DNA from: Hyphomicrobiales bacterium
Lineage (GTDB): Bacteria > Pseudomonadota > Alphaproteobacteria > Rhizobiales > Beijerinckiaceae
Reading direction: 5' to 3'
DNA: 64,000 nt
Assembly: GCA_027487245.1 (NCBI GenBank)
Contig: JAIYDY010000007.1
Location: 21,018-85,017, forward strand
The notes below the pieces were generated by a model. That model saw nothing but the letters and a program-made list of their open reading frames with translations, was not told the DNA's origin and searched no databases. Positions 19,429 through 28,266 of the stretch are shown piece after piece. Position 1 is the stretch's first letter; every line of letters begins with the position of its first letter. A program made the translations under genes and the position numbers.

Positions 19429-20370
19429 TCAGCTTTCGCCACCGCGCTTGAGATAGGCACCGGCACCGAGCACGATCCTGCGGTCGACACCCTTGACCGT
19501 CTCCTCGTCCTTGTCGGTGTATGGCAGGGCGTTCAGCACGAAGCGCATGGCGTTGAGGCGGGCCCTGAGCTTGTCGTTCGAACGGATCACCGTCCATGGC
19601 GCGCGTTCGATGCTGGTGCGTTCCAGCACGGTCTCGAAGGCGGCGGAATAGGCATCGAACCGGTCGATGGCCTGGAAATCGATCGGCGAAAGCTTCCAGC
19701 GCTTGAGCGGATCATGATAGCGCGCATGCAGACGCTTCATCTGCATCTCGGCCCCGATGGTCAGAAACAGCTTGAAGACATGGATGCCTTCGCGCGCCAG
19801 CATGCCTTCGAAGGCCGGGGCTTCGGTGAGGAAGTTCTGGTGTTCCTCGGGCGTGCAGAAGCCCATGACAGGCTCGACCCCGCCCCGGTTGTACCATGAC
19901 CGGTCGAAGAACACGATCTCGCCGCGCGTCGGCATCTGGCTGGCATAGCGCTGGAAATACCATTGCCCCCTTTCGGTGTCGGATGGTTTGGACAGCGCGA
20001 CGACACGTGCCCCGCGCGGATTGAGATGCTGGGTGAAGCGGTGGATGGTGCCGCCCTTGCCCGCGCCATCCCGGCCCTCGAAGACGATGACGATCCGCGC
20101 GCCGCTTTCCTTGACCCAGTTCTGGAGCTTGAGCATCTCGATCTGGAGGGCTTCCAGTTCCGGCTCGTAGGCCTTGCGCTTCATTTTCTTCGCGTAGGGG
20201 AAATCGCCACTGGCAAAGGCAACCTCGTCGATCGAGGCAGGGAGCTTTGGCTCCTTGATGTCGAACGCGGCAACGGTTGCATCGCTTGCCGCCTCGACCC
20301 TTGTCTTGCCGGCCGACTTGCCTTCTGCCTTGCCGGCTTTCGCCTTCGTGGTCTTCTTGCTGCCAGCCAT
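19429..20370 (-). CDS. ppk2: Polyphosphate kinase 2
   Basis: Has the PPK2 Walker A FEGRDGAGKGGTI, plus WYFQRY and FDRSWYNR. The likely start is MAGSKK (20370), with GGAG 8 nt upstream; the track ORF is over-extended. The N-terminus has a Lys/Ala-rich tail. Confidence 0.9.
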   Translation of the reverse strand: MAGSKKTTKAKAGKAEGKSAGKTRVEAASDATVAAFDIKEPKLPASIDEVAFASGDFPYAKKMKRKAYEPELEALQIEMLKLQNWVKESGARIVIVFEGRDGAGKGGTIHRFTQHLNPRGARVVALSKPSDTERGQWYFQRYASQMPTRGEIVFFDRSWYNRGGVEPVMGFCTPEEHQNFLTEAPAFEGMLAREGIHVFKLFLTIGAEMQMKRLHARYHDPLKRWKLSPIDFQAIDRFDAYSAAFETVLERTSIERAPWTVIRSNDKLRARLNAMRFVLNALPYTDKDEETVKGVDRRIVLGAGAYLKRGGES

Positions 20371-20474
20371 TGTCATCGCTCCGTCAGATACAGCGCGCAT
20401 GTTAGTCGACGTGCCCAGTCTTTGGGAACCGTGATCGGGCGGCATGGTGAAGTGCGGTTGTCCATCGTGATCAT

Positions 20475-20505
20475 GACCACACTTGCCCTTGACCACACTT
20501 GCCCT
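20475..20505. repeat. Tandem direct repeat GACCACACTTGCCCT x2 (16-bp period) in the ppk2/phoR divergent region
   Basis: Two exact 15-nt copies at 20475-20489 and 20491-20505, separated by a single T. Confidence 0.8.
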
Positions 20506-20573
20506 CGTGCTGGCTTGCACCCTAAAGCATGACGGACGTCAGGGACATCTGTCCCTTCCGAATCCGGTGATGC

Positions 20574-21854
20574 GTGGCCATGAGCCCTGATGCTGTCCGT
20601 CTCCACCGTGTTCGCCTTGCCGGCATCGTCGGTCTCGCCGGCTTGGCCAGCAGCGCGCTCGCCCTTTTGCTCGCCGGCGGAGCGGTCGCATGGAGCCTGC
20701 TGCCCGGTGTTGCGGGCTGTCTGGCCAGCTGGGTCATGACGGGCGAGGGCGTCGGGGTCGCCGCCGAGACCGCACGCCCACCGTCAGCAGAGGTGCCGGC
20801 AGCCCCTGCCGCGGAAGCGGCCTTTTCGGCCAGCCTCGTGGCTGGTGTGATCAACGATTTCGCGCTTCCGCTGCTCGTGACGGCCGACGATGCCACAGTG
20901 CTGGCGGCCTCTGCGCAGGCGCGGAACATGTTTCCCGGCTTGCAGCGCAGCCGTCCGGTTTCGCTGGCGATCCGCGACCCGGACTTTCTCGACGCAGTGA
21001 CGCAGGCAGCAGGGCAGACCGCCAGCCAGACCATCGTGCTTGGCGGATTGCCGCCGCTGAACCGGGCCCTGCGTGTCCACATAAACCGCGTGACTGTCGC
21101 CGGGAGCGCTGAAGCAGCGACCATCTGTGTCTTCGAGGATCTCACCGAGCAGCAGGCAACCGAGCGCATGCGCGTGGATTTCATCGCCAATGCCAGCCAC
21201 GAGCTGAGGACCCCGCTGGCGTCGCTGCTGGGCTTTGTCGAGACGCTTCAGGGCCCTGCGCGCGACGATGCCAAGGCACGCGAGCGCTTCCTGCCGATCA
21301 TGCGCGAGCAGGCCGGCCGGATGGCGCGGCTGATTGACGACCTGCTGTCCCTGTCGCGGGCCGAGCTTCGCGCCCACCAGCAGCCCACGGCGCTCATCGA
21401 CATGGGTGCGATCATCCGCGAGATCATGGATTCCCTCGGTCTGTCAGCACGCGAACGCGGCGTCGCCCTCGAGATGCAACTGCCAGACGAGCCGATGATG
21501 ATCCGGGGTGATCGCGATGACCTGCTTAGGCTGGTCGAGAACCTTGTGGAGAACGGCATCCGCTACGGGCGCGAGGGTAAGGTTGTCACAATCAATCTCG
21601 TCCGCGGCACCGGCGGCGAGGTGATCCTGTCCGTGCGCGATCACGGGCCCGGCATTGCCGCAGAGCACATCCCCCGCCTGACCGAGCGCTTCTACCGTGC
21701 CGATGTGTCCCACAGCCGCGAGATCGGCGGCACGGGCCTCGGCCTTGCCATCGTCAAACACCTGGTGATGCGCCACCGCGCCCGGCTCGAGATCGAAAGC
21801 AGGCTCGGGGAAGGCGCGGATTTCAAGGTCCTGTTTCCGCCATATGGCGGCTGA
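20574..21854 (+). CDS. phoR: Phosphate-regulon sensor histidine kinase
   Basis: Has the H-box HELRTPLASLLGF, an N/G-box ATPase domain (GTGLGLAIVKH) and an N-terminal TM segment. It sits at the head of pstSCAB-phoU-phoB. Confidence 0.85.
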   Translation: MAMSPDAVRLHRVRLAGIVGLAGLASSALALLLAGGAVAWSLLPGVAGCLASWVMTGEGVGVAAETARPPSAEVPAAPAAEAAFSASLVAGVINDFALPLLVTADDATVLAASAQARNMFPGLQRSRPVSLAIRDPDFLDAVTQAAGQTASQTIVLGGLPPLNRALRVHINRVTVAGSAEAATICVFEDLTEQQATERMRVDFIANASHELRTPLASLLGFVETLQGPARDDAKARERFLPIMREQAGRMARLIDDLLSLSRAELRAHQQPTALIDMGAIIREIMDSLGLSARERGVALEMQLPDEPMMIRGDRDDLLRLVENLVENGIRYGREGKVVTINLVRGTGGEVILSVRDHGPGIAAEHIPRLTERFYRADVSHSREIGGTGLGLAIVKHLVMRHRARLEIESRLGEGADFKVLFPPYGG

Positions 21855-21880
21855 CTGTTGAACTTTCATTTGTGACGGGA

Positions 21881-21898
21881 CTGTCACACAGATGTCAT
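21881..21898 (+). promoter_or_regulatory. Pho box (PhoB binding site) upstream of pstS
   Basis: CTGTCAC-ACAG-ATGTCAT: two 7-bp direct repeats on an 11-bp period, matching the CTGTCAT-N4-CTGTCAT consensus. It lies 50 bp before the pstS ATG. Confidence 0.7.
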
Positions 21899-21947
21899 CT
21901 AACTGGTGTGAGTGGGCCGCGTCACGCATGACACAAGGGAGTCCCCT

Positions 21948-22991
21948 ATGCGCAAGTTTGCCATCGCTGCCGCCTTCGCGGCCATGACCCTCGCCCCGCT
22001 GGCGAGCACCACCACCGCCCAGGCCGCCGACATCACCGGCGCCGGCGCGACCTTCCCGTTCCCGATCTATGCCAAGTGGGCGGAAGCCTACAAGGCTGCC
22101 TCGGGCGTCGGCCTCAACTACCAGTCCATCGGTTCGGGCGGCGGCATCCGCCAGATCCGCGCCAAGACCGTCGATTTCGGTGCCACCGACGCCCCCGTCA
22201 AGGGCGAAGAACTGACCCGCGACGGCATGCTGCAATTCCCGATGGTGATGGGCGGCGTCGTGCCGGCCCTCAACGTCCAGGGTGTCGGCCAGCGTGGCCT
22301 GCGCCTGACCGGCCCCTTGCTGGGCGATATCTTCCTCGGCAACGTCAAGAAGTGGAACGATCCCAAGATCGTCGCACTCAACCCCGGTGTGACCCTGCCG
22401 GACGCCACCATCAATGTCGTCTACCGTTCGGATGGCTCGGGCACCACCTTCGTCTGGACCGAGTATCTCTCGATGGTCTCGGATGAGTGGAAGACCAAGA
22501 TCGGCACCAACACTTCGGTGCAGTGGCCTGTCGGCGTTGGTGGCCGCGGCAATGAAGGCGTTTCCGGCACCGTGCGCCAGATCGCCAACTCGATCGGCTA
22601 TGTCGAGTATGCCTATGCCAAGCAGAACAACCTCTCCTACGCCCTCGTCCAGAACAAGGCCGGCAACTTCCCGGTTCCGGATGATACCTCCTTCCAGGCT
22701 GCAGCCGCCGCCGCTGACTGGTCCGCAGCTCCCGGCTTCGGCATCAGCCTGAACAATCAGCCGGCAGCTCAGGCCTGGCCGATCGTCTCGGCGACCTTCA
22801 TCCTGATGTACGCCAAGCCCGCCGATGCGGCCAAGTCCGCCGCAGCGCTCAAGTTCTTCGACTGGGCGTTCAGCAATGGCGACAAGCTCGCGCTTGATCT
22901 GGAATATGTGCCGATGCCAGCTCCCGTGAAGGCACAGGTTCGTGCCTCGTGGAAGGGCATCACCGATCCGGCCGGCAAGCCGATCTTCTGA
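21948..22991 (+). CDS. pstS: Phosphate ABC transporter substrate-binding protein
   Basis: 347 aa counted from MRKFAIAAAF (signal peptide). It has GAGATFPFPIYAKW and the SDGSGTT motif. Confidence 0.95.
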   Translation: MRKFAIAAAFAAMTLAPLASTTTAQAADITGAGATFPFPIYAKWAEAYKAASGVGLNYQSIGSGGGIRQIRAKTVDFGATDAPVKGEELTRDGMLQFPMVMGGVVPALNVQGVGQRGLRLTGPLLGDIFLGNVKKWNDPKIVALNPGVTLPDATINVVYRSDGSGTTFVWTEYLSMVSDEWKTKIGTNTSVQWPVGVGGRGNEGVSGTVRQIANSIGYVEYAYAKQNNLSYALVQNKAGNFPVPDDTSFQAAAAAADWSAAPGFGISLNNQPAAQAWPIVSATFILMYAKPADAAKSAAALKFFDWAFSNGDKLALDLEYVPMPAPVKAQVRASWKGITDPAGKPIF

Positions 22992-23013
22992 GGCTTTCGC
23001 CCACGATCCTGCC

Positions 23014-23038
23014 CCGGGGAGCCTGACCGGCTCCCCGG
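23014..23038 (+). terminator. Strong intra-operon stem-loop after pstS (attenuator or RNA stabiliser)
   Basis: CCGGGGAGCC-tgacc-GGCTCCCCGG, a perfect 10-bp stem 22 nt after the pstS stop. There is no clear U-tract. Confidence 0.4.
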
Positions 23039-23202
23039 TGTCACTTCCGCCGGGGCTTTGTGTGCCCCCACGTTTCTCCCGTCGGGGACATGTCCCCTCT
23101 CGGAGAGTCGTGCCGGATACCAGCGGTCAGCAGCCTTCCTGCGCTGTTGCTGCTGACAATCTTATCGCTCGCGCGCCGACACGTCGTTTCCGGAGTTCCA
23201 TC

Positions 23203-24174
23203 ATGGTCGCCATATCGGAGCAGACATACAAGAACGCCACCGCCGTGACGCGCCGCGACAACCCTTTCCGGTTCGATCCGCTGTTTGCGGCGCTGAGCAA
23301 GGCCGCAGCCATCACGGTTCTGGTTCTCCTTGCCGGTATCATGAGCTCGATGGTCTACGGTGGCTGGGACGCCTTCGCGAAATTCGGAACCGGGTTCTTC
23401 ACTGGCACCCAGTGGGACACGATGAACGACAACTACGGCGGTCTGCCGGCGATTGTCGGGACGCTGTCCACCGCCCTGATCGCGATGATAATCGGTGTTC
23501 CGCTGTCCATCGGAACCGCGATCTATCTCACACAGCTTGCGCCGGGCTGGTTCAAGGGGCCGGTCGGCACCGCGGTCGAGCTTTTGGCGGCCGTCCCCAG
23601 CATCATCTACGGGATGTGGGGCCTGTTCGTGTTCGTGCCGCTGTTCGCCGCCTACTTTCAGGTGCCGGTCAGCCAAGTCGTTGAGGGCATGCCCATCCTC
23701 GGCACCATCCTGTATGCGCGCTCGCCTTCAGGGCTTGGCATCCTCAGCGCCGGCGTGATCCTCGCGTTCATGATCGTGCCGTTCATCGCCTCGCTGACGC
23801 GCGACATGCTCGACCAGATCCCGACCGTGCTGCGCGAGAGCGCTTACGGCATCGGCTGCACCACCTGGGAGGTGGTGCGCCATGTGCTGCTGCCGCAAGC
23901 GGGCGTCTCAATCATCGGGGCGATCATGCTGGGTCTTGGCCGCGCGCTCGGTGAAACGATGGCCGTGACCTTCGTCATCGGCAACGCCAACCGCCTGTCG
24001 GCCTCGATCATGGATCCGGGCTCGACCATCGCCTCGCGCATCGCCAGCGAGTTCAACGAGGCGCTCGGCATGCAGATGAATGCGCTGATCGCGCTGGGCT
24101 GCATCCTGTTCTTCGTCACGTTCGTGGTGCTGGTGATCGCCCGCATCCTTGTCTCGCGCGTCAAGCAGTATTGA
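23203..24174 (+). CDS. pstC: Phosphate ABC transporter permease PstC
   Basis: 323 aa counted from MVAISEQ, with a GGAG RBS upstream. It has an MetI-like permease core (EALGMQMNAL, GRALGETMAV). Confidence 0.9.
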   Translation: MVAISEQTYKNATAVTRRDNPFRFDPLFAALSKAAAITVLVLLAGIMSSMVYGGWDAFAKFGTGFFTGTQWDTMNDNYGGLPAIVGTLSTALIAMIIGVPLSIGTAIYLTQLAPGWFKGPVGTAVELLAAVPSIIYGMWGLFVFVPLFAAYFQVPVSQVVEGMPILGTILYARSPSGLGILSAGVILAFMIVPFIASLTRDMLDQIPTVLRESAYGIGCTTWEVVRHVLLPQAGVSIIGAIMLGLGRALGETMAVTFVIGNANRLSASIMDPGSTIASRIASEFNEALGMQMNALIALGCILFFVTFVVLVIARILVSRVKQY

Positions 24175-24189
24175 TCGGGAGCGTTGCAG

Positions 24190-25089
24190 ATGACCGATGC
24201 CAGCCTGACCGGCTCCACCCCCTCCGCTGGACCCCAGCCCCAGATCAAGTGGGGCCGAGTCCGCCAGTCGCGCCGCGTTCAGGACAAGATCCTGCGCGTG
24301 ACGGCGACGGGTGCCACCGCGCTGTCGGTGTTCGTCCTGTTCTGGATTCTCGGCATGCTGCTGTGGAAGGGCGGACAGGGCATCAGCCTTGACCTTTTCA
24401 CCAAGATCACACCCGGCCCCGGCACCGCAGGCGGCGGATTGCTGAACGCCATCGTCGGCTCGATCGTGCTGACCTTCCTCGGCATTGCCATCGCCACGCC
24501 CATCGGCGTGATGGCGGGAACCTATCTGGCCGAATACGGCCGTGGCTCGAAGCTGGCCGAAGTGGTCCGTTTCATCAACGACATCCTTCTGTCAGCTCCC
24601 TCGATCCTGATCGGCCTGTTCGTCTACGTCATTCTGGTGATGCCATTCCGGGGCTATTCGGGCTGGGCCGGATCGGTCGCGCTGGCCATCATCGCGCTGC
24701 CCGTGATCGTGCGCACGACTGAAGACATGCTCCGGCTGGTGCCAAACGGCCTGCGCGAGGCTGCTGCGGCTCTCGGCGCACCGACCTCGGTGGTGATCCG
24801 GCAGGTCTGCTGGCGTGCGGCGAAGGCCGGCATAGTCACGGGCATCCTGCTCGCCCTGGCACGCATCGCGGGAGAGACGGCACCGCTGCTGTTCACCGCC
24901 CTCAACAACTCGTTCTGGTTCAACTGGAACCTGACCGGCGGCATCTCGAACCTGCCGGTCACGATCTATGCCTTCGCCTCCGCGCCTTATGACAACTGGC
25001 AGCAACTGGCCTGGGCCGGTGCGCTCCTGATCACTGGTGCGATCCTGTTCCTGTCCATTGCCGCCCGTGCCCTGATCAACCGGAAGTAG
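24190..25089 (+). CDS. pstA: Phosphate ABC transporter permease PstA
   Basis: The ATG at 24190 lies 8 nt after GGGAG. It has the permease motif [15 protein letters not shown]. Confidence 0.9.
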   Translation: MTDASLTGSTPSAGPQPQIKWGRVRQSRRVQDKILRVTATGATALSVFVLFWILGMLLWKGGQGISLDLFTKITPGPGTAGGGLLNAIVGSIVLTFLGIAIATPIGVMAGTYLAEYGRGSKLAEVVRFINDILLSAPSILIGLFVYVILVMPFRGYSGWAGSVALAIIALPVIVRTTEDMLRLVPNGLREAAAALGAPTSVVIRQVCWRAAKAGIVTGILLALARIAGETAPLLFTALNNSFWFNWNLTGGISNLPVTIYAFASAPYDNWQQLAWAGALLITGAILFLSIAARALINRK

Positions 25090-25179
25090 GTCACGGCACG
25101 TCGTTCTTCTGGTCTGTCCCGCTTGTTTCGTTACGCCGCGTTCAACTGCCCCTGAACGTTCGTCAGAAAGGTTCTCGTC

Positions 25180-25989
25180 ATGTCCCAGATGGCTGTTCAG
25201 GAAGCGCCTTCGGCAGCAGCGCCGAAAGCTGATGCGCCGGTCCGTATCGGCGTCAAGAATCTCGACTTCTACTATGGCGGCTTTCACGCGCTGAAGGACG
25301 TCAACATGAACTTCGGTGACCGGGAGGTCACAGCGCTGATCGGCCCGTCCGGATGCGGCAAGTCGACCCTGCTGCGCATTTTCAACCGGATTTACAGCCT
25401 GTATCCCGAACAGCGCGCCACCGGCGAAGTCATGCTCGATGGGCGCAACATCCTGTCGCCCAATATCGACATCAACGAGTTGCGCGCCCGCATCGGCATG
25501 GTGTTCCAGAAGCCGACGCCATTCCCGATGTCGATCTATGACAACTGCGCCTTCGGCATGCGCCTGTATGAGAAGCTCTCCAAGTCCGAACTGGACGACC
25601 GCGTCGAACAGGCGCTGCGCAAGGCGGCGCTGTGGGATGAGGTCAAGGACAAGCTCAAGCAGTCCGGCATGGGCCTGTCAGGGGGCCAGCAGCAGCGCAT
25701 GTGCATTGCCCGCACCATCGCCCAGCAACCTGACGTGATCCTGTTCGACGAGCCGACGTCCGCGCTCGATCCCATCTCGACCGGCAAGATCGAGGAACTG
25801 ATCGAACAGCTTCGCGCCGACTTCACCATCGTCATCGTCACCCACAACATGCAGCAGGCTGCGCGCATCTCCCAGTATACCGCGTTCATGTATCTGGGTG
25901 AACTGATCGAGTTCGGGCCGACGACCAAGATCTTCATGAACCCCGACCAGAAGCGCACGCTTGACTACGTCACGGGTCGTTTCGGCTGA
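25180..25989 (+). CDS. pstB: Phosphate ABC transporter ATP-binding protein
   Basis: Has Walker [10 protein letters not shown], signature LSGGQQQR and Walker [12 protein letters not shown]. Confidence 0.95.
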   Translation: MSQMAVQEAPSAAAPKADAPVRIGVKNLDFYYGGFHALKDVNMNFGDREVTALIGPSGCGKSTLLRIFNRIYSLYPEQRATGEVMLDGRNILSPNIDINELRARIGMVFQKPTPFPMSIYDNCAFGMRLYEKLSKSELDDRVEQALRKAALWDEVKDKLKQSGMGLSGGQQQRMCIARTIAQQPDVILFDEPTSALDPISTGKIEELIEQLRADFTIVIVTHNMQQAARISQYTAFMYLGELIEFGPTTKIFMNPDQKRTLDYVTGRFG

Positions 25990-26035
25990 TCATGCCGAAA
26001 TCCGCGCCATCTGCTGCCAAGGAAAGGCCCGCTCC

Positions 26036-26737
26036 ATGACCGACCATATTTCCAGGACCTATGATCAGGAGCTTGACGGGCTTCGCCGGCTCGTGGCCGA
26101 AATGGGAGGCCTTGGCGAGCGCATGCTGGCGGACGCCACCACGGCGCTGCTGCGCGAGGATGCCAAGCGCGCGCAGTCGGTGATCGCCACCGATCCGAGG
26201 CTTGATGAACTGCAGCGCAAGATCGAGGACAATGCGGTGCTGATGCTGATGCGCCGGCAGCCCGTGGCCAACGACCTGCGGGAGGTGATGGCCTCGATCC
26301 GTATTGCCAACGATCTCGAGCGCATCGGCGATCTGGCCAAGAACATTGCCAAGCGTTCGCTGAAAATGCAGGGCCACATGCTGTCCGGCAGCGCCATGGG
26401 CGGCATCGAGGCGCTCAGCCGTCTTGCACAGGCCCAGCTCAAGGATGTGCTCGACGCCTATGCCCAGTCCAACGAGAAGGGTGCCATCGATGTCTGGACG
26501 CGCGATGGCCAGATCGACGCCCTCGAGAACGCCCTGTTCCGCGAGCTTCTCACCTACATGATGGAAGACCCGCGCAACATCACCTTCTGCACGCACCTGC
26601 TGTTCTGCGCCAAGAACATCGAGCGGCTTGGCGATCACACCACCAACATCGCCGAGACGGTGCATTATCTGGTCACTGGCAAATCCTTGCCAGGCGACCG
26701 GCCCAAGGGTGACTCGCCCAGCGACCTGAACAACTGA
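26036..26737 (+). CDS. phoU: Phosphate signalling complex protein PhoU
   Basis: 233 aa counted from MTDHISRTYDQELD, with duplicated PhoU repeats (ANDLERIGDLA / AKNIERLGDHT). Confidence 0.9.
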   Translation: MTDHISRTYDQELDGLRRLVAEMGGLGERMLADATTALLREDAKRAQSVIATDPRLDELQRKIEDNAVLMLMRRQPVANDLREVMASIRIANDLERIGDLAKNIAKRSLKMQGHMLSGSAMGGIEALSRLAQAQLKDVLDAYAQSNEKGAIDVWTRDGQIDALENALFRELLTYMMEDPRNITFCTHLLFCAKNIERLGDHTTNIAETVHYLVTGKSLPGDRPKGDSPSDLNN

Positions 26738-26747
26738 GGCCGCCGCC

Positions 26748-27446
26748 ATGTCTGCCCGCATCCTGGTGGTGGAGGACGAGGAGCCCCTTGGCCTTCTGCT
26801 GCGCTACAATCTCGAGGCGGAAGGCTATCTCGTCCAGGTCTCCACCCGCGGTGATGATGCGGAACTGAAGCTGCGCGAGGAAGCGCCCGACCTCGTGCTG
26901 CTGGACTGGATGCTGCCGGGCCTGTCCGGCATCGAATTGTGCCGCCGCATCCGGCAGCGCCGCGAGACCGAAGCCCTGCCGGTGATCATGCTGACGGCGC
27001 GGGGGGAGGAAGCGGAGCGTGTTCGCGGCCTTTCCACCGGTGCTGATGACTATGTCGTCAAGCCATTCTCCGTGCCTGAACTGCTGGCGCGCGTGCGCGC
27101 CCTGTTGCGGCGGGTGAACCCGGAGCGGATCGCCGACGAGCTCGATGCCGGCGACATCAAGCTGGACCGCGGCACGCGCCGGGTCTGGCGCTCGGGCGGG
27201 GAGTTGCACCTTGGCCCCACGGAATTCAGGCTGCTCGAATTCTTCATGGAGAAGCCGGGCCGGGTCTACTCGCGCGGCCAGCTCCTCGACGCTGTCTGGG
27301 GCCGCGATGCCGAGATCGACGAGCGCACCGTTGACGTGCATGTCGGTCGCCTGCGCAAGGCCCTGTCGGTGGGCGACGGCCGCGATCCCATCAGGACCGT
27401 GCGCGGCGCCGGCTATTCCCTCGACGAGAAGTTCGCCCGCGCCTGA
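26748..27446 (+). CDS. phoB: Phosphate regulon response regulator
   Basis: Has a receiver domain (ILVVEDEE, LVLLDWMLPGLSG) and an OmpR-type winged helix (VDVHVGRLRKAL). Confidence 0.9.
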   Translation: MSARILVVEDEEPLGLLLRYNLEAEGYLVQVSTRGDDAELKLREEAPDLVLLDWMLPGLSGIELCRRIRQRRETEALPVIMLTARGEEAERVRGLSTGADDYVVKPFSVPELLARVRALLRRVNPERIADELDAGDIKLDRGTRRVWRSGGELHLGPTEFRLLEFFMEKPGRVYSRGQLLDAVWGRDAEIDERTVDVHVGRLRKALSVGDGRDPIRTVRGAGYSLDEKFARA

Positions 27447-27992
27447 TCAGGCGCGCTGGGCGCGGCGTTCCTGCTCGCGGCGGCGCTCGCCTGCGGGCTG
27501 GTAGGCGATGCGGCAATGGTAGGCGCAATACGGCACGCCTGAATCGGTCTTGAGGCCGCAGAAGCGGAACTCAGCCTGGGTCGGATCGCCCATCGGCCAG
27601 CGGCACATGTTTTCCTTCAGTTCCATGATGGTGACGCGCTCAGAGAACGGCACCACCACATCCGGATCGAGCAATTCGGCGCGTGGCTCCGGCCTTGCCT
27701 CGGGCTGTGACCGCTGCTGGGGTGCCAGCGCCGTGTTGCCGCGAACGACCGGGGCGCTGTTGAACCCGCCCGGCGCGCGCGGCGCGGCTGGCTTGCGGGT
27801 GCGCGCGGCAGCGCCGGAGGTGGAGGGAGACTTGGCGCGGCCCGAAAGGCCAAGCCGATGGACCTTGCCGATCACGGCATTGCGCGTCACCCCGCCAAGT
27901 TCGCCGGCAATCTGGCTCGCACTCAGACCATCATTCCACAGCTTCTTGAGAAGCTCGACGCGATCTTCAGTCCACGTTGCCAGTTCAGACAT
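27447..27992 (-). CDS. gcrA: Cell-cycle transcriptional regulator GcrA
   Basis: WTEDRVELLKKLWNDGLSASQIAGELGGVTRNAVIGKVHRLGL plus a C-terminal CRWPMGDP...FCG...PYCAYH motif: the canonical GcrA layout. Confidence 0.9.
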   Translation of the reverse strand: MSELATWTEDRVELLKKLWNDGLSASQIAGELGGVTRNAVIGKVHRLGLSGRAKSPSTSGAAARTRKPAAPRAPGGFNSAPVVRGNTALAPQQRSQPEARPEPRAELLDPDVVVPFSERVTIMELKENMCRWPMGDPTQAEFRFCGLKTDSGVPYCAYHCRIAYQPAGERRREQERRAQRA

Positions 27993-28231
27993 GGGTCATC
28001 ATTCCTTGTGCCGCCGCTTGACCGGGATGACCGGCCGTGACCGCAACTGCAGGCGCAAGACAGAATCCGTCAGGGTTCGCCTGCCTTGCAAAAGGCGGGC
28101 GTCGGCCTCCAAGCCGGACCTGTTCTGAAGCGTCGCACGAGATGTCGTGGTCTACGGAAAAAGACATACAAGATGCCGTGAGTCCGCGACAAGAGTCCGA
28201 ACCGGGAACGATGGTTTTTCAACAGGCGTTT

Positions 28232-28249
28232 CGACGAATTAATTCGTCG
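28232..28249. promoter_or_regulatory. Perfect 18-bp palindrome CGACGAATTAATTCGTCG between the folD stop and the gcrA upstream region
   Basis: Exact dyad read from the sequence, 17 nt after the folD stop on the minus strand and about 240 bp upstream of the gcrA start. It has an AT-rich core. Confidence 0.4.
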
Positions 28250-28266
28250 TGCATTCGTTGGTCGTT

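Noticed and set aside
20370-20387. Pho-box-like TTGTCAT-CGCT-CCGTCAG near ppk2.
   Set aside because: It overlaps the ppk2 start codon region on the opposite strand, is oriented wrongly for either promoter, and its second half-site is weak.
27441-27452. phoB and gcrA stop codons abut with zero spacing, forming the palindrome TGATCA.
   Set aside because: This is a compact convergent arrangement. The palindrome is simply TGA next to its own reverse complement, and no additional structure supports a functional element.
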